A stretch of 64,000 nt of DNA from Alkalispirochaeta sp. (GTDB taxonomy: Bacteria > Spirochaetota > Spirochaetia > DSM-27196 > Alkalispirochaetaceae), in assembly GCA_965601925.1 (NCBI GenBank), contig OZ271854.1, positions 1,984,001-2,048,000 of the forward strand. Reading direction: 5' to 3'. The notes under the pieces are model-generated. The model did no database searches and was not told the origin of the DNA. It saw only the letters and a list, made by a program, of their open reading frames with translations. Positions 30,354 to 40,764 of this stretch are shown piece after piece (within the stretch, counting starts at the first letter, position 1; each line of letters starts with the position of its first letter). Made by a program: the position numbers and the translations under genes.

Positions 30354-32192
30354 ATGGAGCGGGGCCGTGTCACGCTGCTGTGGGTCGGGGTAGCTACACT
30401 CGCCTTTATCCTTGTCTCCTGCGGCGACAACAATCAACTATTCTCCTCGCTTGACGAGTCGGAAGATCCGGTTCTCACCACGTTACCGTCCGGATCGGTC
30501 GTGCGTCCGGGTGAAACGATCTCCGTGAATATCGAATACCCAGATGCGGACTCATCCCGAGCTACGAGTATGCGCGTCGACGTCCTCGACATGGACGGCG
30601 CCGTCGTCGGATCGCTGGAGTTCGACGGCGACGATCTGGCGGAACCGCAGCTCCCGCCCATTCGGCTTCCCGGTCTTTCCGTCGGTCCTTATCGGTTACA
30701 CGTCGAGGCGTGGATACATGATGAACTTCTTTTCTCCGACGATCGCCGTTTTTTCGTGCTTGATACCACTCCGCACGTAGAAAGCCTCGCCGTCTATCCC
30801 TCCAGTTTGGGGCCCGATTCACAAGCGATCGCGATCGCCGAGGTAACGCTCCCCGACGGCACTCGACCGTATCTCCGATGGATTTTCGACGAACGGCCGA
30901 TTACCTCCGGGTATCTGGAGGACGGCGGCGATCGTGCCCTCATAGAGGACGCCGACCTCGCTGCGGGAGCATATCGCGTGGTCCTCGAAGTCTATCCATG
31001 GGGTCCCGAAGAGGGCGTTGTCGCGGACGGTGCCACCGACATCGTTGCAACCGGTGATGTCTTTATCCGTGAGTCTTTCCTGTCGCAGCATATCGGCGGC
31101 GATGAAGGTGAAACGCATCTCCTGTATTCCTTTGACGGAACACTCCGCGGTGTCTGGTTTGAGTCGGGACGCGAGCCGTTGATTGCCCAGACGACCGGTT
31201 CCGCCCGCCTTGACGTGATCGACGGCGCAATCGGGTATCGACTCGACGACGACGGGCGACTCGCAGTCGAGCTTCCCCTCGAGGCGGCCGGTAGGGTCGA
31301 GATGCGTCTACTCGTGTTTGATAAGGAGCACGACGAGGATGTCGCCGAGGAGGGCGTTGCGGGAGAGGTGTATCCTCTTATCCTCGGACGCGTCCCGGAC
31401 GGGATAGACCCTCTTTTTGAGGTTCGACGCGACGTATCGGACGGGATAACGTTTGCATCGCGGGGGGATCACTTCAGTGTGTTCCCGCCCGAGGAAGGTG
31501 CCCCGTCCCGTGCGATCGATATAACCTTCTTGTTCGAACGCGATGAGACGAGTACAACCGTCTCGGTGGTCGGCGACGACGAAATCGTCGGAGCCGTTAC
31601 GATTCCATCCGACCAATGGGCTGACGGGGAGCCGCTGATACTGGAGTACTCCGCCGCGGGAGGCGCCGTTCTCGTTGATACCGTCGCCGTAAAGGCCGAT
31701 GATCTCGAGACTGTGCGGCGACGTGCGCGGCAGCGCAGCGAAGAGCAGTTTCTCGCGATCGTCGGTGACGGCGTCGAACAATGGATCGTGAACGATCCGG
31801 ACGTATCGGACCCCGATCCTACGCTCCCAATACCGATCGGCGAGGAGCGACGGGTCGTTCTGCTTCTCCCCCCGGCGAGTACGGCCGTCCTGGAATCGGT
31901 CGGCCTGAGCCTCGCGGCGACTATCGATGAGTTGGTGCTATCGGAGGCCGACGGCCGAGTGGTGGCGCGTTATTCTGTGCCTGCGGCGGCTCGTGTCGGT
32001 GATGCGGCGCTGTTCACCGTCGCCGTCGTCGTCTCCGACGGTGATGCTGAGCTTAGCTACGTCGAGACCGCGGAGGAGTATCGTCTCACATTCGCGCTCG
32101 GTCCCGAGATACTTGGGGATCAGACCCTTGACATGCGACTGGCGAACGACGGCGGCGTATCGGCGGCGTTTGCAGGGATCCTCTCACGCTGA
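30354..32192 (+). CDS. Large acidic hypothetical lipoprotein
   Basis: Signal peptide ending FILVS-C; beta-rich acidic body. Confidence 0.75.
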   Translation: MERGRVTLLWVGVATLAFILVSCGDNNQLFSSLDESEDPVLTTLPSGSVVRPGETISVNIEYPDADSSRATSMRVDVLDMDGAVVGSLEFDGDDLAEPQLPPIRLPGLSVGPYRLHVEAWIHDELLFSDDRRFFVLDTTPHVESLAVYPSSLGPDSQAIAIAEVTLPDGTRPYLRWIFDERPITSGYLEDGGDRALIEDADLAAGAYRVVLEVYPWGPEEGVVADGATDIVATGDVFIRESFLSQHIGGDEGETHLLYSFDGTLRGVWFESGREPLIAQTTGSARLDVIDGAIGYRLDDDGRLAVELPLEAAGRVEMRLLVFDKEHDEDVAEEGVAGEVYPLILGRVPDGIDPLFEVRRDVSDGITFASRGDHFSVFPPEEGAPSRAIDITFLFERDETSTTVSVVGDDEIVGAVTIPSDQWADGEPLILEYSAAGGAVLVDTVAVKADDLETVRRRARQRSEEQFLAIVGDGVEQWIVNDPDVSDPDPTLPIPIGEERRVVLLLPPASTAVLESVGLSLAATIDELVLSEADGRVVARYSVPAAARVGDAALFTVAVVVSDGDAELSYVETAEEYRLTFALGPEILGDQTLDMRLANDGGVSAAFAGILSR

Positions 32193-32209
32193 CATCCACG
32201 TCACGATTC

Positions 32210-33019
32210 GTGTGTCTCGTCGCCGTCGTCTTGCTCGGATCGTGCGCCGGTGGTCCCACGCCTCGACGTCCTGAAAGATCGGCGGTGTGGCGGCCTCCGA
32301 TCGACGTTGCGTCGGATATGCCGGCGGCCCGCCAGCGCGAACGGATACTCGCGTATTATCGGCGCGACGTCGGCGACCCGGTCGCCTTTTCCGTTCATTC
32401 TCACATCGACTTAGGCGCGTTCGACGCGGTGGCGCGCTACTATATCGACACGCTCATCGGCGAGATCGACGGACGGGGGGCGATCGGCGATTCCGGCACT
32501 ACGGCGCGGCACACGGTCACGATCGCCCTCGACGGCGAATATGTATCCGCGCCGAGGAACTACTACGGACGAGCGGTTCTCACCGTGACGTACCGCACAG
32601 GCCCGGGTCTGGCTATCGTAGCGGCGGATTCGATCGTCGGGCCGTATCGTTTCAGTCGCCTCTCGCGGATGGACGGTCTGCTCAACTCGCTGAGGGGTAT
32701 TTCACCCCGTACGATGGTTCGCGTCTTGTATGCACTACAAGAACGCGCCGCCGACGAGATGGGGCGCAATGGATTACCATATACTATTTACTGGGAGACC
32801 GACGAAAGGCCGCCGCACGATCTCCGTGCCGTTTTGCGCACCTTGGGCCATCCCGCCGGAGGTGAGAGCGAGGAAGCCGAAGGGTACGGATGGAACCTTT
32901 TCGAGCCGCCGAATACTCTTGCCGAGCGAATGGAGACAATACTCGACGGATCGGCGTATCGATTCGTTCTGGAGCCTCTTACCGGAACGATTAGATTTTT
33001 TTATAATAGCGATACCTGA
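32210..33019 (+). CDS. Hypothetical lipoprotein
   Basis: VVLLGS-C lipobox. Start uncertain. Confidence 0.65.
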   Translation: MCLVAVVLLGSCAGGPTPRRPERSAVWRPPIDVASDMPAARQRERILAYYRRDVGDPVAFSVHSHIDLGAFDAVARYYIDTLIGEIDGRGAIGDSGTTARHTVTIALDGEYVSAPRNYYGRAVLTVTYRTGPGLAIVAADSIVGPYRFSRLSRMDGLLNSLRGISPRTMVRVLYALQERAADEMGRNGLPYTIYWETDERPPHDLRAVLRTLGHPAGGESEEAEGYGWNLFEPPNTLAERMETILDGSAYRFVLEPLTGTIRFFYNSDT

Positions 33020-34450
33020 ATGAAACGCGACTCTACGCTGCTCAGTACGATAATACAGACGCTTTTTGTCGGTAGCGTCGTAGTCCTCGCTTCTTGCGTA
33101 ACGACCGGTTCCACGCCCCCCGACTGGTTGAGTAACGCCCCGGGGGTGAGTTCAGAGGGTGTGAGGATCGTTGCGTACGGTACGGGCACCGATATCATCG
33201 GTGCGCGACGCGCCGCCGTCGAAGACGCGTTGAGTCAAATCGGGCAGACGCTCATCGTCAGGCTCGAGAGCGACGGCGCCATCTTGGACGACGACGCGGG
33301 GGCGACTATAGCGGAGGTTGCTCGCGCGCGCTTCGGCGCGTTCGATCTCGTGGATCGGTACGCCCGCTCCGGCGACGATGCTGTAGAGCTGTATCTGCTT
33401 TATCTATACCGAGCATCGGAGATCGAGAGTGACCTTGTCGATATCCTTCGCGTTTTGCCCGAGGCGGCCGATTCGACGATGCTTTTCTCGGGCGACCGGA
33501 GCGGCGACGTTCTGCCCGCGATACGCGAGCTCTTGGAGCGCCCCGTACCGGCCTCGCCGACCGAAAGGACCGCACATCTCGAGCGCGTTCTCGGACTTGC
33601 GAGCCGTGTCGTAGTGATGACGAGCCCGGGCGAGGCCGATATACGACTCGGAGAGAACCTCCAGGGGCCGATCACCGTTCGGTTTTTTCACAGTGAGCAG
33701 TCGGTCATACGCGACCGTATCGAGTTGAGTGTAGAAGTCAGGGGGCCGTCGGTTGACGGCGAACGACCCGTCGAGTCCTTTACGATTCGTACCGACTCGC
33801 GCGGCGAGGCGACTTTTTCGCTCCCTGTGCCCAATCTTGCCGGTGCGACAACGGTCGTGGCACAGCCTGCGTGGCTCGACGACGTAGCGCGACGATGGCA
33901 GAACACGCTCGAATCACAGCGAGACATCGACCTTCTGGAAGCCGCCGTCGAGCGTCTTCGAGGGCGAACGCTCATCAGCGTGACCTCCCGCGCCGCGGAG
34001 ACTCCCACGGCCGTCATCGTTTTGGACAGAGATATCGCGGGAAACCCGATCAATGGGGCTGATGCCATGAGGGGCGCGCTGCAGGAGTTTTCCGACGCGG
34101 GATTCCGTGTCCGTCGCGTCGAACTGGACGGCGTCGCGTTGGAACGTTTTGCCGCTATGGAACGTATTACCGTCGCCGATCTTTACGACGTGCTGCCCTT
34201 CGAGATACTGGCGATGGTCGACCGAATCGTCGTCGGCGACGCGCGCATCTTAGAGTTCTCCGAGGAGGACGGGTTCACGGTGAGCGTCAGCTTGGAGGCC
34301 ACGACCTTCGACCTGCGACACGACCAAGTGCTTGCACGAGTAGCCCTCGACGAGCGTATCGCCGGCAGCGACGCCCGTTCCGCGATCAGAGCGGCGTTTC
34401 AGTCGGCGGGTCGACGTATGGCCCGACGGATGGTTCCGCGGCTCCCGTAA
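33020..34450 (+). CDS. Lipoprotein with LPP20-like N-terminus
   Basis: VVLAS-C, then PPDWL...AYGTG...ARRAA...AL..I. Abuts the upstream stop. Confidence 0.7.
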   Translation: MKRDSTLLSTIIQTLFVGSVVVLASCVTTGSTPPDWLSNAPGVSSEGVRIVAYGTGTDIIGARRAAVEDALSQIGQTLIVRLESDGAILDDDAGATIAEVARARFGAFDLVDRYARSGDDAVELYLLYLYRASEIESDLVDILRVLPEAADSTMLFSGDRSGDVLPAIRELLERPVPASPTERTAHLERVLGLASRVVVMTSPGEADIRLGENLQGPITVRFFHSEQSVIRDRIELSVEVRGPSVDGERPVESFTIRTDSRGEATFSLPVPNLAGATTVVAQPAWLDDVARRWQNTLESQRDIDLLEAAVERLRGRTLISVTSRAAETPTAVIVLDRDIAGNPINGADAMRGALQEFSDAGFRVRRVELDGVALERFAAMERITVADLYDVLPFEILAMVDRIVVGDARILEFSEEDGFTVSVSLEATTFDLRHDQVLARVALDERIAGSDARSAIRAAFQSAGRRMARRMVPRLP

Positions 34451-35243
34451 TCCACGTGCGCATCGCTCCCGGATCGTCGCCGATCAGCGCCGCGATACCG
34501 CGGCGAGCGAGCGAGCGCGTCGTCTCCTCGTCGTTTACCGTCCAGGCGATTCGTACCGCCCCTTTCGTATATCTTTTCTGTACGTATGACGCCCAGTGCG
34601 GCTTGTCGAGCTCGCTTCCCGTCACACGGCGACCGACTCCGGATCGGAGAAACATCGGCACCTCTCGATCACCGTGCCAGATTACGGCGGTCGGGACGGC
34701 CAGCCCTCGCCGTCTCGCGGAACGGCGGAATCGTACGACCTGACGGGGATCGAAAGAGGAGATCAACACGCGGTGTTGTACGCCGTGGCGGCAGATAATC
34801 TCTGCGACGCTTGCGGCGATCTCCGGCGGAGTCTCCACGTACGACTTGATCTCGATATCCACGAGCATATCGTCACCGAGGCAGGTAAGCACCGTCTCGA
34901 GATCGGGTACTCCCGATGCGGAGAGCTCCATTCCCGACGCGCTCCGGGTACGGAGCGGAACCGACGCGAGATCTCCGGCCGTGGTTGCGGCTATACTCCG
35001 TGAATCCTCGCCAAGACGGACAAGATCGGAATCGTGAGCGACTACAACTACGCCGTCGGAGCTGAGCTGCACATCCAACTCCACCCCGTCGATACCGATA
35101 TCGCGCGCATGCTCAAAGGCGTCCAGCGTGTTTTCCACGCGCACGGCCGCACACCCGCGGTGGCCGAAGACAAGCGGTGCACGTGCAGCGCTCGCATCGC
35201 TCATTCTCCGGACAATCGGGTGTTCCCCATCGGTGCGCTTCAT
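34386..35243 (-). CDS. Glycerophosphodiester phosphodiesterase
   Basis: GHRG, ENTL, ELDVQLSSDG..V..HD, DIEIK, SSF, WTVN. Confidence 0.9.
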   Translation of the reverse strand: MKRTDGEHPIVRRMSDASAARAPLVFGHRGCAAVRVENTLDAFEHARDIGIDGVELDVQLSSDGVVVVAHDSDLVRLGEDSRSIAATTAGDLASVPLRTRSASGMELSASGVPDLETVLTCLGDDMLVDIEIKSYVETPPEIAASVAEIICRHGVQHRVLISSFDPRQVVRFRRSARRRGLAVPTAVIWHGDREVPMFLRSGVGRRVTGSELDKPHWASYVQKRYTKGAVRIAWTVNDEETTRSLARRGIAALIGDDPGAMRTWITGAAEPSVGPYVDPPTETPL

Positions 35244-35283
35244 GCTTGCCATTGTAGACCATCGAGGATAGCTTCTGCAGGCG

Positions 35284-36627
35284 ATGGAACACGACATGAT
35301 TGCCGCTCTCGCCACACCGTACGGCACCTCCGCGCTCGGTGTCATCCGCGTCGCCGGCCCGGGATCGATCGACGCCGTAGCTGCACTCTGCGACAAGGCG
35401 AGTGACGTTCGCGGTACCCCCGGGGGACGCATGAGGCGGGTACTGCTCGTCCATCCCGAAACCTCCGCGGTACTTGACGATGTGGTATTGGGTATATTTC
35501 GCGCTCCCCACAGCTATACGGGTGACGACGGCGTGGAGATCTACTGCCACGGCAGTCCGGCCGGGATACGCCGTATCTTGGAAGTGTTGTACGGTCGCGG
35601 GTTTCGTCCTGCAGAGGCGGGGGAGTTCACGCTTCGCGCCTTCCTCGCCGGCAAGATCGATCTTACCCGCGCCGAGGCGGTCCATGAGATCGTACGGTCC
35701 CAGACGAGTCGCGGTCACGAGATGGCGCTTCAACGTCTCGCGGGAAGCGTTGAAGCGGCGGTCGACGAGATAAAGCGGGAGTTGGTGCGCATCATGGCGA
35801 GCGTCGCGGTTCAACTCGATTATCCCGAGGAAGAGACCGGTGAAATCCCCATCCCCGCGGCGCGGATCGTGGAGACACGCGCTCGTATAGAGGTGTTATC
35901 CGAGACGTACCGCAGCGGACGTCTCTATCAGGAGGGCGTACGCGTCGCCCTTGCCGGCCTTACCAATGCGGGGAAGTCATCGCTGTTCAACGCCCTTCTC
36001 AAGGAGGACCGGTCGATCGTGAGCGCTATTCACGGGACGACTCGAGACTACATCGAAGGCGCCGTAGACGTCGAAGGAGTTCCCGTGCACCTCTTCGATA
36101 CGGCGGGCCTCAGACAGACTCGTGAAATGATCGAAGGGGAGGGTATCCGCAGGACTCGTGACGTCCTTGGAGGCGCCGATCTGGTGTTATACGTCATCGA
36201 CGGCGTCCGGGGTCTCACCACCGAAGACCGACGACATCTCGATACGGTCGACGGACCGGTTATCAGGATCTGGAACAAGATCGACGACGCGGCGTGCCGC
36301 CCCGTACCCGACGACTGTGTCGCCGTGAGTGCGCGGTCGATACGCGGTATCGATGAACTCCTGCGACGTATCGCCGAGGAGATCGTGCCGGATCAGCCGC
36401 GACGCGACGGGAGCCCGGTCATCGACTCCTTGCGACAAAAGAACCTGTTGGAACGCGCCGCCGCGGCGCTTGGCGAGGTTGAGAGCGGACTTGCGGAAGG
36501 CTATCCGATCGACGCCGTTAGCGTTGACCTACAGGAGGCGATCCGCGCACTGGGAGAGATCACCGGGGAGGTCACATCGGAGGACATTCTCGACGAGGTG
36601 TTCGGCGGCTTTTGCGTCGGGAAGTGA
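35284..36627 (+). CDS. mnmE: tRNA modification GTPase MnmE
   Basis: SYTGDD, GEFTLRAFLAGKIDL, GLTNAGKSS, GTTRD, DTAG, NKID, terminal FCVGK. Confidence 0.97.
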   Translation: MEHDMIAALATPYGTSALGVIRVAGPGSIDAVAALCDKASDVRGTPGGRMRRVLLVHPETSAVLDDVVLGIFRAPHSYTGDDGVEIYCHGSPAGIRRILEVLYGRGFRPAEAGEFTLRAFLAGKIDLTRAEAVHEIVRSQTSRGHEMALQRLAGSVEAAVDEIKRELVRIMASVAVQLDYPEEETGEIPIPAARIVETRARIEVLSETYRSGRLYQEGVRVALAGLTNAGKSSLFNALLKEDRSIVSAIHGTTRDYIEGAVDVEGVPVHLFDTAGLRQTREMIEGEGIRRTRDVLGGADLVLYVIDGVRGLTTEDRRHLDTVDGPVIRIWNKIDDAACRPVPDDCVAVSARSIRGIDELLRRIAEEIVPDQPRRDGSPVIDSLRQKNLLERAAAALGEVESGLAEGYPIDAVSVDLQEAIRALGEITGEVTSEDILDEVFGGFCVGK

Positions 36628-36648
36628 TCGGATCCGTCGGCCGCGGCC

Positions 36649-37647
36649 TCATTCCCATACAAAGAGCCACGAGGCGACGAGTAGGAACAGCGCGGTCATG
36701 CCTGCAAGGGCGAAAAGGTTCGGCGCGATATCGAGAAGTCCCGCGCCTTCGAGCATAATTGCGCGGGTACCGTCGAGAAAATGGGTAAGGGGGAATACGC
36801 GGGCCACTCCTCTGAGCGCCGGCGGTACCGCCTCCAAAGAGAAGAAGACGCCGGAGAACGCGAGCATCGGCCACAACGCTACGTTCATGAGCCCGCTGGC
36901 CACCTCTTCGCTGCGAAATCGCGCCGCAAAGACGAGTCCGAATGAGATGAGACATGTAATACTCAGCATCGTCACGAGTATGAGATCCAGGTACGATCCA
37001 CGCATAACGAAGTGAAGAAAGAGATCCGCGCCGACAAAGACGAGGATCGAGGTCACCGTAACGATGACCAGCCGACTGACCACTTGGGCGACTACGAACT
37101 CGAGCGGCCGGAGCGGCGTCGCTTTAAGGCGCTTGAGAACGCCGTTCTTTCGATACCGTACGATGACGAATCCGACGCCGAAGAGACTCGAGAACATCAT
37201 GTTCGTGCCGATGACTCCCGGGACGAACCAATCGATGTAGCGGATCGGCTCTCCCTCTATCTCCAGCCTTCGAAAGCCTTCGCCTCCGTGATGTACGAAC
37301 AGCTCTTCGACGAGGGCCCCTCGAGGAGAGGTTTCGTTGAGAAGGTATGTGCGTTCTGCCGGATCGATGAGGAAATCGATTTGGTGGTTGCGGACTCGAT
37401 TGATCGCAATCTCCCGTTCCGCATATTCGCTCACTACGATGCCCTGGAGGTCCAGAAGCGCGATCGACTCGTTTGTCGTGCCGTATACGCCGACGGTGAA
37501 AACGCGTTCGTCGCCGCCGGAAAAGGCGAAAGCGAATCCGAAGATCAGAAAGAACGGAAACAGTAGGTTCCAGAAGAGTGTTCCCCGATCCCGGAGAAAC
37601 TCCATGTTACGGGCGTGAACCATAGCCCGAATGCGTGGTAGTCGCAT
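36649..37647 (-). CDS. ABC-2 type exporter permease
   Basis: EFLRDRGTLFW, YIDWFVPGVIG, GVLKRLKATPL, SGVFF, PLTH. Confidence 0.9.
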   Translation of the reverse strand: MRLPRIRAMVHARNMEFLRDRGTLFWNLLFPFFLIFGFAFAFSGGDERVFTVGVYGTTNESIALLDLQGIVVSEYAEREIAINRVRNHQIDFLIDPAERTYLLNETSPRGALVEELFVHHGGEGFRRLEIEGEPIRYIDWFVPGVIGTNMMFSSLFGVGFVIVRYRKNGVLKRLKATPLRPLEFVVAQVVSRLVIVTVTSILVFVGADLFLHFVMRGSYLDLILVTMLSITCLISFGLVFAARFRSEEVASGLMNVALWPMLAFSGVFFSLEAVPPALRGVARVFPLTHFLDGTRAIMLEGAGLLDIAPNLFALAGMTALFLLVASWLFVWE

Positions 37648-37656
37648 GGTACTCCT

Positions 37657-38538
37657 TCAACTTCGCAGGCTCGTTCCCGTTAGTTCGAGGAACAGATCGT
37701 CCAGGTTGGGGCGATGTATGCTCAACCCGTCGAGGCTGTAGCCGGCCGCAAGGACCGATCTGATCGTCTGATCCACCGCCTGTGTCTGAATGTCGGCATA
37801 TCCATCGTACCGGCGCGCGCCCTCGGGCAACGGCGAGTCCGCCTTTGGAGTGGGGATTCTGACGAATACCCCCTCGAAATGCGACTCGATGAGTCCCCGG
37901 GGCGTGTCACGAGCGATGATCCGTCCGCGGTCCATAATGGCGATCTCGTCGGAGAGGTGCTCCGCCTCGTCCATGTAATGGGTCGTGAGAATGACCGTGC
38001 GACGCTCCTCTTTTATCTTCCCGATAAGACTCCAGAAGTTGCGCCGCGCTTGAGGATCCAACCCGGTCGTCGGTTCGTCGAGGAATATGACGTCCGGATC
38101 GTTTATCAGAGCGAGGGCGAGCAACATACGTTGCCGTTGTCCACCGGATAGCTTCTGGTTATCGCGATCCATGAGATCGGCGAGATCGCACATGGCGATC
38201 AGCTCATCCAAATCTCGCCGCTTCGAGTAGAGTCGTCCGAAGGTGTGTAACGTCTCACGAACGGTGATGTACTGCTGGAGCGCCGTCTGTTGGAACTGGA
38301 TTCCGACGCGGTCGCGATATGTCGAATCGAGAGGACCGCCGCGATACGAGACCGTGCCGGCCGTCGGTGCGCGTATGCCTTCCATGATCTCGATCATCGT
38401 AGTTTTTCCCGCGCCGTTGGGACCGAGTAGTCCGAAGCAGATGCCCTCGGGCACGGCAAGATCGACATTATCGACGGCGGTGAGGGCTCCGTAGTGCTTC
38501 GTCAGCCCTCGTACTTCGATGATGTGTTCCATATCCAT
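37657..38538 (-). CDS. ABC exporter ATP-binding protein
   Basis: GPNGAGKT, LSGGQ, FLDEPTTGLD, TTHYMDEAE. Confidence 0.95.
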   Translation of the reverse strand: MDMEHIIEVRGLTKHYGALTAVDNVDLAVPEGICFGLLGPNGAGKTTMIEIMEGIRAPTAGTVSYRGGPLDSTYRDRVGIQFQQTALQQYITVRETLHTFGRLYSKRRDLDELIAMCDLADLMDRDNQKLSGGQRQRMLLALALINDPDVIFLDEPTTGLDPQARRNFWSLIGKIKEERRTVILTTHYMDEAEHLSDEIAIMDRGRIIARDTPRGLIESHFEGVFVRIPTPKADSPLPEGARRYDGYADIQTQAVDQTIRSVLAAGYSLDGLSIHRPNLDDLFLELTGTSLRS

Positions 38539-38703
38539 TAATGGATACGCATATTCGTCGTGTAGCGTCCATCACGTCTGCAACCGCCATGATGCGAGCG
38601 CATACGGTGCCGTACGGCGAAGCGAAAGATGTCTGCCCACACTATGGAAGTGTCGTTTCCGCCGCGTATCCTCTGCAAACGGGCAATCGCAACGGCGGAT
38701 GGT

Positions 38704-39573
38704 TTACCGCAGGGCGCGTGTGGCCGTAAGCGCCGCGAGCATAAACGGACGATCCCGTTCAATCGGCTCGCCGTTTACGTACATACCGACAAAAACGGCG
38801 GCCTGCACGGTCGTTCGGGCGACCGGCTCGAACACATAGACTCCCGATACCGCAAGGCGGTGCGACGGCTCTTGAGCGTCGTGTGCCGCCGGTGTCCACG
38901 CGATGCGATACGACGGGCCTACACCGGCGAAAGATGCCGACGCGTCGGGGAGTCGATAGAGGAGAAGCGACTCGTTCTCCATCACCCAATCCGTACGCTC
39001 GATGACGCGGAGCGCGAGCGGCTCCTCGAGGAAGGTCGAGGGGGAGTTGCGAAAGTCGTATCGCGTTGCGGTGAAAGTGTTCGCCGCAACGATGGGGCCG
39101 ATCGCCGCTTTGAATCGTGACGATGCGCTCACAAACCATCCCGTCTCCGACCTGCCGGAATAGTCGTCGCCGCTCGCAGCCGGTGGTGTTTCTCCATAGC
39201 TATCGAGACTCGCCAGACCGAATCCGAAGGTATCGTAGAATGTCCGAACGCCGAATCGAAGTGTAAGATCGAATACGGCGATGGGTTCGACGAGGAGTCG
39301 TGCGCCTACGTCGGTGAAGGACGGGTTCAAGAGAGTATCGATGCCGGCCTCGAGTCGCGTCGAGTCCCATAACACGCCGTCACGGGTCGTATGTAGCGGC
39401 GTCGTGTGCGCAACGCCGCCTACGACGCCCGCCACGGTGGGATTCACCCCTCCCACGAAGCCGCCTTGGACGCGCCAGCCCGGTCGCGCCTCTTGGGCGC
39501 CGGCGGTTGCGAGGCATACGGTTAGGGTCGCCACGACGGAAAACCCTCGGACCAAACGCCTCCGTCGTATCAT
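38704..39573 (-). CDS. Secreted hypothetical protein, possible outer-membrane beta-barrel
   Basis: Signal peptide (RRRR...CLATAGA-Q) and alternating amphipathic strands. ATGA overlap with the upstream gene. Confidence 0.65.
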   Translation of the reverse strand: MIRRRRLVRGFSVVATLTVCLATAGAQEARPGWRVQGGFVGGVNPTVAGVVGGVAHTTPLHTTRDGVLWDSTRLEAGIDTLLNPSFTDVGARLLVEPIAVFDLTLRFGVRTFYDTFGFGLASLDSYGETPPAASGDDYSGRSETGWFVSASSRFKAAIGPIVAANTFTATRYDFRNSPSTFLEEPLALRVIERTDWVMENESLLLYRLPDASASFAGVGPSYRIAWTPAAHDAQEPSHRLAVSGVYVFEPVARTTVQAAVFVGMYVNGEPIERDRPFMLAALTATRALR

Positions 39574-40712
39574 TGGAGCGCTCCTTCGCCGTCGGACACG
39601 AGCCGCTCTACCGGCAGGCGCGGGCTGAAGGTGTATGTCATCCCTCGAGACTGCGCTACGGCAAGAAGCATTTGGATCGTCTCGCCGTCGGCGGCCCAAC
39701 GCTCGTGGATTCGTCGATACGGCTCTTCCATGGCCGCGTACTCTTGCAACGCCTGCGAGTTGGCCAGTATCACGTGGCCGGAGGCGTACACTTCCATCCA
39801 GACCGCTTGTAACGCCATACCGGCGCGCACCTGGGTCGTACGCGAGTTGTCGGCGGTAATCATCATGACGTGCGTGTTCATCTCCTCCATCGCCTGCGTA
39901 AACAGATCGATACCGGACCCGCCGTACGACTCCGGCGACATCGGAAAGAATGTGAACCACCCGTCGATAAACCAGCGACTGCGGCGCGGAAAGTTGGCGG
40001 TAAAGGCGATTCCGTACGGGGCGCGTCGCCGCTGTCGACCGTTGAAGCGCGTTACGTTGTAGGATTCCATCAGCGTCGGCTCGTACTCCATCTCGATGGT
40101 AAATGCGTCGACGGAAAGCTCATTCAACCATTGCACCTCCGAGGGATCCTGGACGACGACAAACCGAACCGTCTCGTCGGAGTAATCCTCGATCCGTCGG
40201 ATCGTCTGATCAGATAGCTCCGCGGGGCGGTAGCGGTACTTAATCGTCGGACTGGTGACGGCGTCGATCTGTGCGGCAACGGAGAATGTCGCCTCCGCCG
40301 CAGCGTTGCGCCGGAGCGTCACCGTCGCCACCGGAAGTTCGCCAATCGTATCGAGATCGTATTCACCGTCCGGGAAGAGCTCGATGGCGGTCTCGTACCC
40401 CAGTTGCGCCGCGCGGGCGTCCAGAATCGCCAAAAAGGTTCCGGCGGAGAGCGTGATTTGACGCGCCGGCGGATCGGTCTCCGGCACCAGTCGCGTCGCC
40501 TCGATAAAGAGCTGCAATCGATTGGGGTCCGCCGGGTCGAGGACGACGCGCCACGGCTGCTTGTTGTGGGCGCTCTGCGCCAGACGCGCCCACTCCACCA
40601 GCTCAAGGCGCACGTCGGATCGAACCTCGGTGGTCACCGGTGCCGGTGCACAGGCGTTCAACAAGAGCGCGGCAACCGCCACTGCTCCAAGGGTCGTAAT
40701 TCGCTGTCTCAT
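39570..40712 (-). CDS. Acg-family FMN-binding nitroreductase-like lipoprotein
   Basis: LLLNA-C lipobox, AQSAHNKQPW, TDPPARQITLSAG, SQALQEY, SPR. Confidence 0.8.
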   Translation of the reverse strand: MRQRITTLGAVAVAALLLNACAPAPVTTEVRSDVRLELVEWARLAQSAHNKQPWRVVLDPADPNRLQLFIEATRLVPETDPPARQITLSAGTFLAILDARAAQLGYETAIELFPDGEYDLDTIGELPVATVTLRRNAAAEATFSVAAQIDAVTSPTIKYRYRPAELSDQTIRRIEDYSDETVRFVVVQDPSEVQWLNELSVDAFTIEMEYEPTLMESYNVTRFNGRQRRRAPYGIAFTANFPRRSRWFIDGWFTFFPMSPESYGGSGIDLFTQAMEEMNTHVMMITADNSRTTQVRAGMALQAVWMEVYASGHVILANSQALQEYAAMEEPYRRIHERWAADGETIQMLLAVAQSRGMTYTFSPRLPVERLVSDGEGALQ

Positions 40713-40764
40713 CGCAATCTCCTTTTCTCACCTCTTGGGTTATTGTTGTTTATGGCATCTGTCT

